Below are positions 1 through 9,653 of a stretch of DNA of 64,000 nt, one piece after another; position 1 is the stretch's first letter, and every line of letters starts with the position of its first letter. The position numbers were made by a program, and so were the translations under genes. The notes beneath the pieces are model-generated. The model did no database searches and was not told where the DNA came from. It saw nothing but the letters and a program-made list of their open reading frames with translations. Source of the DNA: Dehalococcoidia bacterium (lineage in GTDB: Bacteria > Chloroflexota > Dehalococcoidia > Tepidiformales > Tepidiformaceae); NCBI GenBank assembly GCA_040877955.1, contig JBBDMZ010000020.1, positions 13,849-77,848 of the forward strand, in the 5' to 3' direction.

Positions 1-217
1 GGCCGGGCCAGTATCGCTGCTGTTCCTTAGTCGGGCCACGACCCCTCCGACAGCTAGCGGCGTTCGCCTGCTTGCCACTCGTCGCGGGGCGCGGAAGTCG
101 TGTGTGGTCATCGGAGTGGCGCCTGGGACGCCCGAAGGTCCGAGCTCGGGGAAACCAGTCGCCGTGGAACGGAGCCGCACCCGAGGCGACACCAGGCAGA
201 TCGTGCGGACGTGTTTG

Positions 218-250
218 GCGGTCGTTAAGCGGTCGTCATGCGGTCGTAGT
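218..250. repeat. three tandem 11-bp direct repeats (GCGGTCGTNNN) upstream of the groESL control region
   Basis: gcggtcgttaa / gcggtcgtcat / gcggtcgtagt read directly; a degenerate fourth unit gcgggaccagc follows. Confidence 0.6.
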
Positions 251-285
251 GCGGGACCAGCGGCGAAAGTAGCGGGCAACTGCCT

Positions 286-312
286 CTAGCACTCTCGGCG
301 GGCGAGTGCTAA
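286..312 (+). promoter_or_regulatory. CIRCE operator (HrcA-binding inverted repeat)
   Basis: CTAGCACTC-N9-GAGTGCTAA, one mismatch to the TTAGCACTC-N9-GAGTGCTAA consensus, 47 nt upstream of the groES ATG. Confidence 0.85.
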
Positions 313-358
313 CATCTGCGATGCTATTCCATTACCACCGACCCTGGAGGATTCACAC

Positions 359-691
359 ATGGCCACGAAGGCTCCCGCGAAGCCCGCTGCCAAGGCCCGG
401 ACGAAGCTCGTCCCCCTGGCTGACCGCATTGTCATCACGCCCCTCAAGCAGGAAGAGGTCACCCTGAGCGGCCTCGTCATCCCGGACACCGTCAAGGAGA
501 AGCCGCAGCAGGGCGAAGTCGTCGCTGTTGGCCCAGGCCGCCTCGACGACAATGGCAAGCGCGTCGTGATCGACCTCACCGTCGGCGACCGCGTGCTGTA
601 CGCGAAGTACACGGGCACGGAGATCAAGCTGGACAACGAGGAGTACATCGTCCTGAACGAGAAGGACATCCTCGCCAAGCTCGTCGTCTAG
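359..691 (+). CDS. groES: co-chaperonin GroES with a Lys/Ala/Pro-rich N-terminal extension
   Basis: GGAGGA SD before ATG 359; LVPLADRIVI...GLVIPDT...GEVVAVGPG...GDRVLYAKY signature; directly upstream of groEL. Confidence 0.97.
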   Translation: MATKAPAKPAAKARTKLVPLADRIVITPLKQEEVTLSGLVIPDTVKEKPQQGEVVAVGPGRLDDNGKRVVIDLTVGDRVLYAKYTGTEIKLDNEEYIVLNEKDILAKLVV

Positions 692-2407
<1,716 letters not shown>

Positions 2408-2452
2408 GGTAGGCCATCGGGCTTGGGCCTAAGGCCATAGGCAACGATCAAG

Positions 2453-2487
2453 AAACGCCCCCGGTTCCGCTGGAGCCGGGGGCGTTT
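2453..2487 (+). terminator. intrinsic terminator after groEL
   Basis: 12-bp perfect GC-rich stem aaacgcccccgg/ccgggggcgttt followed by cttt. Confidence 0.75.
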
Positions 2488-2635
2488 CTTTGCGTGTCGG
2501 GCGGGGTGCCAAGCTGGTGACTGACTGAGGGCGGATGCTCCGGTACCGGCAGGGGGCGGTCGAACGTCAACCCGTGGGGCGGGCCGCCGAGAGAGCAGCA
2601 CGGCAATCCTGGGCCGGTCCCCGGGAGCGACCTTC

Positions 2636-4333
2636 TTGAAGACCGTGATTGGACGACGTGCCGCGACATTGTTCCTTGCCGCGCTGATGGCAGCGCTCTT
2701 GCCCCTCGCCATTGTCCAAGCGGATCCCGTTGATTCAGACGAAGACGGCCTCAGCGACGAGGACGAGCTCACCATCTGGGGGACCGACCCGAACAATCCA
2801 GACACGGACGGAGACGGTCTCCCCGAGTACTTCGAGGCAGTGGACCTGGGCACCAACCCCGCCTCAGCGGATACAGATGGCGATGGCCTTACCGACGGAG
2901 ATGAATTCTTCTTCTTCGTTACGGACCCCCTGGATGGGGATACAGACGACGACGGGCTCAGCGATTGGGACGAACTCTTCGTCTACTCCACCGCACCTCA
3001 GCTCTTCAGCACCGACTTCGATGAGCTCGGCGACGGGGAGGAAGTGCTGACTTACGGAACGGACCCGTTCTGGTGGGACACCGACTTCGACGAACGGCTG
3101 GACCACGACGAGATAACTCTCGGTGCCGACCCGCTGAACCCCGATACCGACGGGGACGGCGCGATCGACGGGCACGAGCTGCTTATTGGGTCGGATCTGC
3201 TCGATCCCGACAGCGACGATGACGGGCTGATGGACTTCGACGAGTTCGTGTTCTTCAACTCTGATGTCCGAGATCCCGATACGGACGTCGATGGGCTGCT
3301 CGATGGGGATGAGGTCTTCCTGTACTTCACCAGTCCCACGCTGGCGGATAGCGACGGCGACACTCTGTCGGACGCGGACGAGCTGTTCGTCTACCGTACG
3401 CTTCCCTATCTCGATGACAGTGACGAGGACTTGCTACGCGATGACCTCGAGGTACTGGTCCACGGCAGCGATCCTCACAATCCAGACACCGACGCCGACG
3501 GGCTGATCGACGGCCAGGAGATATGGTTCGGTGCCAGCCCGACGAACGCCGACTCGGACGGCGACGGGCTACCGGACAGCGAGGTCTTCCACCCCGGCAC
3601 ATTCCCCAACGATCCGGACTCCGACGACGACGGTCTGTCCGACGGTGCGGAACACCTTCAGTACGACACCGAGCCTTCGAATCCGGACACAGATGCAGAC
3701 GGCCTCAGCGACGGCGCTGAGATCGCGGCCGGCACCCACCCGTTGGTTCGCGACAGCGACGCGGACTCCCTGCGGGACGGAGCCGACAACTGCCCGCTGG
3801 AGCCGAACGCTGATCAGGCAGACCTCGATGGGGAGGGCGTGGGCGACGCGTGTGACCCGGATGACGATGGTGACTCGGTGGCGGACGGTGCCGACAACTG
3901 TCCGGTGACCCCGAACGCGGACCAGGCAGACCTCGATGGGGACGGCGCGGGTGGCCCGTGTGACCCGGACGACGACGGTGACTCTGTCGCGGACGGCGTG
4001 GACGCCTGTCCTGCAGCGGCTCACGGCGGCTTCGACGCGGACGCCAACGGCTGTCGCGATAGCCTGCCGGGGCTGGAGGCTTTCGTCGGCAACGCGGCCG
4101 GCCTCTCCGCGAATGCTGCGTTACACCTCTCGTCGAAGGCCGCCCAGGCAGCGGAGAAGCTCTGTGGGAACGGGGATGTCGTAGCCGCGCTCGACAAGCT
4201 CAACGGTCTTCGTGACTACGTATCCGGAAACGCGGGGCAGTCAATTCCGACCGTGACTGCGGCCATCCTAGATGGCTACGTCGCGAACCTCATCGCGCAG
4301 ATCAACGAGTCGGAGGTCTGCGAGGCGCCCTAA
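2636..4333 (+). CDS. secreted protein made almost entirely of thrombospondin type-3-like calcium-binding repeats
   Basis: TTG start with GGGAG upstream; signal peptide AATLFLAALMAALLPLAIVQA; more than 20 DxDxDGLxDxxE units; about 100-aa helical C-terminal domain. Confidence 0.8.
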   Translation: MKTVIGRRAATLFLAALMAALLPLAIVQADPVDSDEDGLSDEDELTIWGTDPNNPDTDGDGLPEYFEAVDLGTNPASADTDGDGLTDGDEFFFFVTDPLDGDTDDDGLSDWDELFVYSTAPQLFSTDFDELGDGEEVLTYGTDPFWWDTDFDERLDHDEITLGADPLNPDTDGDGAIDGHELLIGSDLLDPDSDDDGLMDFDEFVFFNSDVRDPDTDVDGLLDGDEVFLYFTSPTLADSDGDTLSDADELFVYRTLPYLDDSDEDLLRDDLEVLVHGSDPHNPDTDADGLIDGQEIWFGASPTNADSDGDGLPDSEVFHPGTFPNDPDSDDDGLSDGAEHLQYDTEPSNPDTDADGLSDGAEIAAGTHPLVRDSDADSLRDGADNCPLEPNADQADLDGEGVGDACDPDDDGDSVADGADNCPVTPNADQADLDGDGAGGPCDPDDDGDSVADGVDACPAAAHGGFDADANGCRDSLPGLEAFVGNAAGLSANAALHLSSKAAQAAEKLCGNGDVVAALDKLNGLRDYVSGNAGQSIPTVTAAILDGYVANLIAQINESEVCEAP

Positions 4334-4352
4334 CGCATCGGGCTGGAGCACA

Positions 4353-4389
4353 CGAAAGGGCCATCCTTCCGCGGAAGGATGGCCCTTCG
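4353..4389. terminator. GC-rich hairpin between convergent genes (candidate bidirectional terminator)
   Basis: cgaaagggccatccttc-cgcg-gaaggatggcccttcg, 16 bp with one bulge; weak T tracts. Confidence 0.55.
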
Positions 4390-4408
4390 TTGACTGCGGG
4401 ATTGGGGG

Positions 4409-4528
4409 CTACTGCTGCCGTGGCTGTTGTGGTGGCTGACTGCGCTGGTGCTGCTCCTGCTGGTGGCGCTGGAGCTGCTCCTGCGACTGGAACTCCTGGC
4501 TGCACTGCTGGCACTTGAACTGGTCCAT
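4409..4528 (-). CDS. 39-aa single C2H2-type zinc-finger mini-protein with a Gln-rich tail
   Basis: AAGGAGGAG SD 6 nt before ATG 4528; MDQFKCQQCSQEFQSQEQLQRHQQEQH fits F-x-C-x2-C-x3-F-x5-L-x2-H-x4-H; hairpin 4353-4389 lies downstream. Confidence 0.6.
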   Translation of the reverse strand: MDQFKCQQCSQEFQSQEQLQRHQQEQHQRSQPPQQPRQQ

Positions 4529-4651
4529 GTGTACTCCTCCTTGGTGATCGCTCCAGATGCCACCGTCCCATCCGAGGGCGCGCGCGGGAAGAGGGAGCCC
4601 ACGTTCCGCAAGGCGCATTAGACGGCCGGGGTCGCATGGGCTACAGATTCG

Positions 4652-5545
4652 TTATGCGGAGACTTGCTCGCCCTGGAGGATAGCCCAGGCCTCGGTGCAG
4701 TTCGCGGCCGGGCGGCCGGCATCGGTGCAGAGGGCAACCGCCTCGCGCACGAGCTCCTCGTTCGACGGCTGGCGCGGCCCGGCGTAGTCCTCAAGGCCGA
4801 CGCGCAGGTGGCCGCCACGGTCGAGGGCGAGGCGGGCGAGGCCGCAGGCGATGACATCGCCGCCAAGCACGGCGACCGACCAGGGCAGACCGGTGGGTGC
4901 GAGCATCGCAAGGTAGGCCTCGAGCGAGGGGAGCGTCGGCGGCAGGCCGAATGGCGAGGAGTCGCCGCCGAAGTAGAGCTTCACGAGCGAGCCGCGAGGC
5001 AGGCGGCCGGCCGCGTGGTAGGCGAGGACCACGCGCAGGAATCCCGGCTCGAAGATGGAGATGCTGGCCGCGAGGCCGTAACGGTCGCAGACCTCGAACA
5101 TGCGGCGGGCATCGGCGAGTGAGTTGATGTAGGGCGTGTCGATCGCAGCGGGGAGCCCGTCGGGGCCCAGTCCGCCGACGTTCACGGAACCGGGGTCGAC
5201 GAGCCCCATGCGGAGGATGCCCTGCTCCGCGAGGGTGACGATGTGCCCGTAGCGCTCATGGAAGGTGGTACGCGGGCCGCCGCTCGCCATCGTGGGGTAG
5301 AGGATGGCGTCCGGGCGTTCGGCGAGGATGGCGCGCCAGGCATCGGCATAGGGGGCCGGGTCATGGACGCTGCTGGCGCCGCCGATGACAGGCTCGTCGT
5401 TGTGGTTGTGGACGATGGCGGCGCCAGCCGCGAGGCAACGGAGGCCGTCCGCGGCGATCTCGTCGGGAGCGCGGGGGACGTTCGGGTTGCGCCGCTTCGG
5501 GGTGCCGCCATTGACAGCGGCTTCGATGATGACGGGTGCGGGCAT
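4652..5545 (-). CDS. 3-keto-5-aminohexanoate cleavage enzyme family (BKACE/DUF849) protein
   Basis: MPAPVIIEAAVNGG...PDEIAADGLRCLAAGAAIVHNHNDE; internal ATG 5545 chosen over the longer ORF start at 5719. Confidence 0.75.
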   Translation of the reverse strand: MPAPVIIEAAVNGGTPKRRNPNVPRAPDEIAADGLRCLAAGAAIVHNHNDEPVIGGASSVHDPAPYADAWRAILAERPDAILYPTMASGGPRTTFHERYGHIVTLAEQGILRMGLVDPGSVNVGGLGPDGLPAAIDTPYINSLADARRMFEVCDRYGLAASISIFEPGFLRVVLAYHAAGRLPRGSLVKLYFGGDSSPFGLPPTLPSLEAYLAMLAPTGLPWSVAVLGGDVIACGLARLALDRGGHLRVGLEDYAGPRQPSNEELVREAVALCTDAGRPAANCTEAWAILQGEQVSA

Positions 5546-5649
5546 CGCCGGATTCTGGGCGCTCGCGGCGTCGGTGTCGACCGGCCGGCGTTCATTCAGG
5601 AACCGTAGCGTTTCCCGGAATCGGAGCGCCCCTCCGGTAAGCTGGAGGT

Positions 5650-6438
5650 GTGACATCACTGAGTGAGCGACGGGGACGAGCCACCGGGACCGGCAAGACG
5701 ATCGAAGCGGGCACGACATCGCGGCCAGCGGAGCGCCGGTTCCTGGCAGGCCCGCAGTCGCGCTGGGACGAGCTCGTAAGCGCGATACGCATCGCCTGGG
5801 AGTTTGTGCGCGGGTTCCGGGCGCTGCACTTCGTGGGGCCGTGCGTGACCGTGTTCGGGTCGTCGCGGTTCAAGGAAGACCATCGCTACTACGAACTGGC
5901 GCGGCAGGTGGGACAGGAGCTCGCGCGGGCGGGATTCACGGTGATGACGGGCGGTGGCCCGGGCATCATGGAGGCGGCGAACCGGGGCGCGAAGGACGTG
6001 GGCGGCCTCTCCGTGGGCTGCAACATCGACCTGGGGCTGAAGGAGCCTCCGAACGCGTACCTCGACCGGATGGTGGTGTTCCGGCAGTTCTTCGTGCGCA
6101 AGGTGATGCTCGTGAAGTACTCCTATGCGTTCGTCTGCATGCCGGGCGGCGTGGGCACGATGGACGAGATCTTCGAGGCGGTCACGCTCATCCAGACGAG
6201 CAAGATCAAGGACTTCCCCCTCGTGCTCATGGGCACGGAGTACTGGGAGCCGCTGGTGGAGTTCATGCGCGAGAAAATGCTGAGCGAGGGGACGATCGAC
6301 CAGGCGGACATCGACCGGCTCATCCTCACGGACGACCCATCGACGGCGGCGGCGATTATCCGGGACGCGGCACTGCGCAAGTTCGGGCTACGGTACGAGG
6401 AAGAGCGGCGGGCGCGGCGCGTGCTGGGCGAGCGCTAG
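5650..6438 (+). CDS. LOG family / TIGR00730 Rossmann-fold nucleotide-binding protein
   Basis: VFGSSR...MTGGGPGIMEAANRGA...PGGVGTMDEIFE motifs. Confidence 0.85.
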   Translation: MTSLSERRGRATGTGKTIEAGTTSRPAERRFLAGPQSRWDELVSAIRIAWEFVRGFRALHFVGPCVTVFGSSRFKEDHRYYELARQVGQELARAGFTVMTGGGPGIMEAANRGAKDVGGLSVGCNIDLGLKEPPNAYLDRMVVFRQFFVRKVMLVKYSYAFVCMPGGVGTMDEIFEAVTLIQTSKIKDFPLVLMGTEYWEPLVEFMREKMLSEGTIDQADIDRLILTDDPSTAAAIIRDAALRKFGLRYEEERRARRVLGER

Positions 6439-7019
6439 GCCGTTGGGTTCGCGCCGGTCGATACCTCGGCCCAGAGCTCGCGAAGTGCGAGCAGAGCGCG
6501 GTCCTCGGCCCCCAACATCCGGGTTAGCCACGACTCGGCGTATTCCATGTCGAAGCTGCTTCCCTGGGTCTTGAGAATCATCTCGATGTCAGGCCAGTCC
6601 TTCCGACGGTTGAACACCACCTTGAAGATCACCGCGTCCTCCGCGCTCAAGACCCACGTGTCGCGACCTCGAAACGTGGTACGGACGCGCCTGCTAAGGC
6701 ACGAATCGTGGAATGGGTCGAACGAGAAAAAGAGATCGACTGGCGTCTCGCCCCACGGCAACCGCACCTGATCTCGAGCCCTGGCCTCATCGGCAGCGCC
6801 CGCTGGAATCTCGATCCCCAGCAAGCTCAAGAGTCCGAACGTGCGGACGGCCTCCGAGGCACGGAGAAAGATGTTGATGTCGATGTCCGTCGTGCCACGA
6901 GGCTCAGCCCAGTACACGAGCGTGATTGCACCCCCCAACGCGTAGGGAATCTCGTGGGCCTCGAGTAAGTCGATGACCTCGATGATCTGGAGGTGCGGTA
7001 AGAGCGGTTCCTCAGTCAC
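6435..7019 (-). CDS. nucleotidyltransferase-fold protein (AbiEii/MNT-like, tentative)
   Basis: YALGGAITLVYWAEPRGTTDIDINIF fits the GG-x(n)-DxD minimal NTase motif; 194 aa. Confidence 0.55.
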   Translation of the reverse strand: MTEEPLLPHLQIIEVIDLLEAHEIPYALGGAITLVYWAEPRGTTDIDINIFLRASEAVRTFGLLSLLGIEIPAGAADEARARDQVRLPWGETPVDLFFSFDPFHDSCLSRRVRTTFRGRDTWVLSAEDAVIFKVVFNRRKDWPDIEMILKTQGSSFDMEYAESWLTRMLGAEDRALLALRELWAEVSTGANPTA

Positions 7020-7022
7020 AGG

Positions 7023-7262
7023 TCAACTGGTCGTTGAGAAGCGCGGATAGTTGAGCGGGGGCTTCTTGTAAGGCACCACACGGTCACGCGACAGCAGAAC
7101 GGCCATGTCGAACAGGCCCGCAAAGACCCGCGTGCGAGTGTCCACGTCAACATCGCGCCACTGCCGGGCACGCGCATCCGCGGACTCAGCTTCCGCGGCG
7201 GCGCGGCAGCGCTCCACGAGCTTGCGGTGCTGCGGGGGGCCGCCGGGAGGGATGTCACTCAT
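7023..7262 (-). CDS. hypothetical 79-aa protein, upstream partner of the NTase-fold gene
   Basis: ORF ends 3 nt before the NTase start codon; TATACT box 7 nt upstream of its ATG; no recognisable domain. Confidence 0.4.
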   Translation of the reverse strand: MSDIPPGGPPQHRKLVERCRAAAEAESADARARQWRDVDVDTRTRVFAGLFDMAVLLSRDRVVPYKKPPLNYPRFSTTS

Positions 7263-7284
7263 ACGTTGAGTATAGCGCGTCGTG

Positions 7285-8223
7285 CTACCCGTAGGTCTGG
7301 TGCTTCTGCCACTCCGCGTAGAGGTGGTAGTTCGCGGCCTGGGCGGCCGTGTTGCCTTCGTGCACGGCAGTCGCGATCTGGTGCGCGAGGTCGCGCGTGA
7401 CGTCGCCTGCTGCGAACGCGCCGGGGATGTTCGTCTGCTGGTCCTGGTCTGCCAGGATGTAGCCTTGGGCGCTGATTTTCACGCCCACCGCCCGCGCGAG
7501 CTCACTATTCGGGCGCTGACCCTGGAGACTGAAGAGGAAGTCCAGCTCGAGGTCGCGGCCACTCTCGAGGGAGAGCTGGGCGAGGATGCCATCGTCGCCC
7601 CAGACGCGCGTGATGCGGTCGACGACGAGCTCGATGCCGTGCTGCTCAAGGGCGGTACGCACGGACGAGGGGATATCGCAGTCGGGGTCGTTTGTGAGCA
7701 TCGTCACGCTGGACGTGAACTGGAGGAACTGGAGTGCGGTCACGCCGGCATCCGCATCATTCCCGGCGACGACGATGCGTTTGCCGCGGGTCGCATACCC
7801 GTCGCAGGTGATGCACCAGAAGAGCGAGCGGCCGACATAGCGCTCCCACTCCGGGAAGAGGGGGAAATCGTCGCGCACGCCGGTGGCGAACACGATTGTG
7901 CGGCCACGGAATTCGGCGCCCCGCTCGGTCTGCGCGTGGAAGACGCCCTCTCCGCGGGAGCACGCGACGACACGCTCGTCACAGAAGGCGACCGGGTACT
8001 CGCGCACCTGCTTGCGTCCCAGCTCGAGCAGTTCGCGCGCCTTGAGGCCGCCGGGGAAGCCGAGGTAATTGTGGTTGACCTGGTGGTAGCTGGCGCGCCC
8101 GCCGCCCGCGTCGAAAAGCATGACGCGACGGTTGAAGCGGGCCAATTGGAGCGCGGCCGTGAGGCCGGCGGGCCCGCCGCCGATGACCACGGAGTCATAG
8201 AGGGGCGCCGCGACGGCATCCAT
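7285..8223 (-). CDS. NAD(P)/FAD-dependent oxidoreductase, thioredoxin-reductase-like
   Basis: VVIGGGPAGLTAA dinucleotide-binding motif, CITCDG redox-like motif, GAFAAGD C-terminal FAD motif. Confidence 0.85.
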   Translation of the reverse strand: MDAVAAPLYDSVVIGGGPAGLTAALQLARFNRRVMLFDAGGGRASYHQVNHNYLGFPGGLKARELLELGRKQVREYPVAFCDERVVACSRGEGVFHAQTERGAEFRGRTIVFATGVRDDFPLFPEWERYVGRSLFWCITCDGYATRGKRIVVAGNDADAGVTALQFLQFTSSVTMLTNDPDCDIPSSVRTALEQHGIELVVDRITRVWGDDGILAQLSLESGRDLELDFLFSLQGQRPNSELARAVGVKISAQGYILADQDQQTNIPGAFAAGDVTRDLAHQIATAVHEGNTAAQAANYHLYAEWQKHQTYG

Positions 8224-8300
8224 GTCACGGATCGTGTGACAGCAGGTGTGCCAGCCGTATCAACCGTGGGCAGGGTGCGCTTGCGCTTCCGGCACCAACC

Positions 8301-8906
8301 TCAGGGCCGCGTGCCGAGCATGGCGGTGTTCACGCCCGTGACGAGCTCGGCTGGCAGGTGAGCGGTGTCGCCCGCAGCCAGCAGTTGGAGGGAGCCGTGG
8401 ACGAGCTCGAAGCTGGTGATCGAGGCGTTGGCTATGGGCACGGGCACGACGCGGTCGTCGTCAGTGGCCTCACCGATAACGGCACAGATGGCGATGTAGT
8501 GGGAGACGATCACGAGGTCGCGGCTGGCGGCGCTCGCATGAAGCGCCAGGTCGAGGACGGCGTCGAGGCAGCGGCGCCGCCACGCCAGCAGCTCCTCCGG
8601 CTGTGTGGACCAGGCTCCCTGCATGAAGGGGCCAATCATCGTGCGGCGTTGGTCGGCGGCCATCGCCGGGTCGAACACCTCGGAGATCTCGTCCCTCACT
8701 TCCGGTTCGAGCTCCAGGGCTGCGGCCAGTGGCGCGACGGTCTCGCGGCAGCGGCGCATCGGGGACACCACCAGCCGGCCGATAGGGCGCTCAGGGAACG
8801 CATCAGCGACGCCCAGTGCCTGCTGGCGGCCCACGTCATCGAGGCCGGGGTCGAGGTCGCCCACGCCCGCGGAGGCGCGGCCATGGCGGATGAGGTAGAT
8901 GGTCAT
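8301..8906 (-). CDS. histidine phosphatase (phosphoglycerate mutase) family protein
   Basis: MTIYLIRHGRA RHG motif at the N-terminus; 201 aa. Confidence 0.85.
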   Translation of the reverse strand: MTIYLIRHGRASAGVGDLDPGLDDVGRQQALGVADAFPERPIGRLVVSPMRRCRETVAPLAAALELEPEVRDEISEVFDPAMAADQRRTMIGPFMQGAWSTQPEELLAWRRRCLDAVLDLALHASAASRDLVIVSHYIAICAVIGEATDDDRVVPVPIANASITSFELVHGSLQLLAAGDTAHLPAELVTGVNTAMLGTRP

Positions 8907-8960
8907 GGCGGGCTAGCGTACACGCTGCGTGTGAACGCGCGATGCAGCCCGCCACAGTTC

Positions 8961-9242
8961 CTAGTTGTAGGTGCGGGCGCCGAGGTGCGGGTACGCGTCC
9001 TCACGCGGGGCGAGGAAGCCGTCCTCGTCGAGCGGGGTCTGTCCATCGAAGTCCGAGTCGAAGTCCCCGAACGGTGGGTAGATCTCGTAGTCGAGCACGG
9101 GCGCGGACCTGCGGCGGAGGAAGACGGCGAGGGCGCCTACAGCGGCGGAGGCGATGAGGGCGAAGAGGATGATCCTGGCCACTGGCGATGCTCCCGGGTG
9201 GCGTGGCCCGTCGGCAGGGCCCGGCTGCAACCGTACCGCCAC
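8961..9242 (-). CDS. small single-pass membrane protein (hypothetical; start uncertain)
   Basis: TM segment IILFALIASAAVGALAVFL followed by an acidic tail; same strand and close to the response regulator. Confidence 0.4.
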   Translation of the reverse strand: MAVRLQPGPADGPRHPGASPVARIILFALIASAAVGALAVFLRRRSAPVLDYEIYPPFGDFDSDFDGQTPLDEDGFLAPREDAYPHLGARTYN

Positions 9243-9287
9243 CCGCGCAGCAGCGGCGCGAGCGGGATCACCGCGCCCGTTGCAGGT

Positions 9288-9653
9288 TCATGCAGACGGG
9301 CGGAAGGCGCCGACCGCGTTCTCCAGTTGCTGGATGTCGAAGGGCTTCGTGAGTACGGCAGCGACGCGAGCCGGGCGAGGATCGCCGTCGTCGAACCGCT
9401 CTCCCGTTATCAGGACCACGGGCGGGTGTGGTTCGGGAGCCGAATCCAGGGCGTCGACCACCCGAAAGCCATCACCGTCGCGGAGGTGCATGTCCAGGAG
9501 CACGAGGTCGAAGGGTTCGGATTGGAGGCGCCTGATGGCCTCGTGGCACGAGGCGACGAGCTCGACGCCATCCCCGTTGCCGCCGAGCACGCGGCTGATG
9601 AGGCGGGCGACCATGCTCTCGTCTTCGGCCAGGAGGATGCGCATCGCTGGCAT
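9288..9653 (-). CDS. stand-alone receiver-domain response regulator (CheY-like)
   Basis: MRILLAEDE...DLVLLDMHL...LTKPF receiver motifs; start overlaps the kinase stop (TAATG). Confidence 0.85.
   Translation of the reverse strand: MPAMRILLAEDESMVARLISRVLGGNGDGVELVASCHEAIRRLQSEPFDLVLLDMHLRDGDGFRVVDALDSAPEPHPPVVLITGERFDDGDPRPARVAAVLTKPFDIQQLENAVGAFRPSA

Noticed and set aside
120-200. GAAGGUCCGAGCUCGGGGAAACC resembles the RNase P RNA P4 region (GAAAGUCCGGGCUC)
   Set aside because: The rest of the RNase P core (for example ACAGAACCCGGCUUA and the P15/P18 regions) is absent, and the space before CIRCE/groES is too short for an RNA of about 350 nt.
4427-4621. 64-aa plus-strand Leu-rich ORF antisense to the C2H2 mini-gene
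   Set aside because: It is a mirror image of the CAG/CTG-rich coding tract and has no SD. The minus-strand ORF has the strong SD and the exact zinc-finger pattern.
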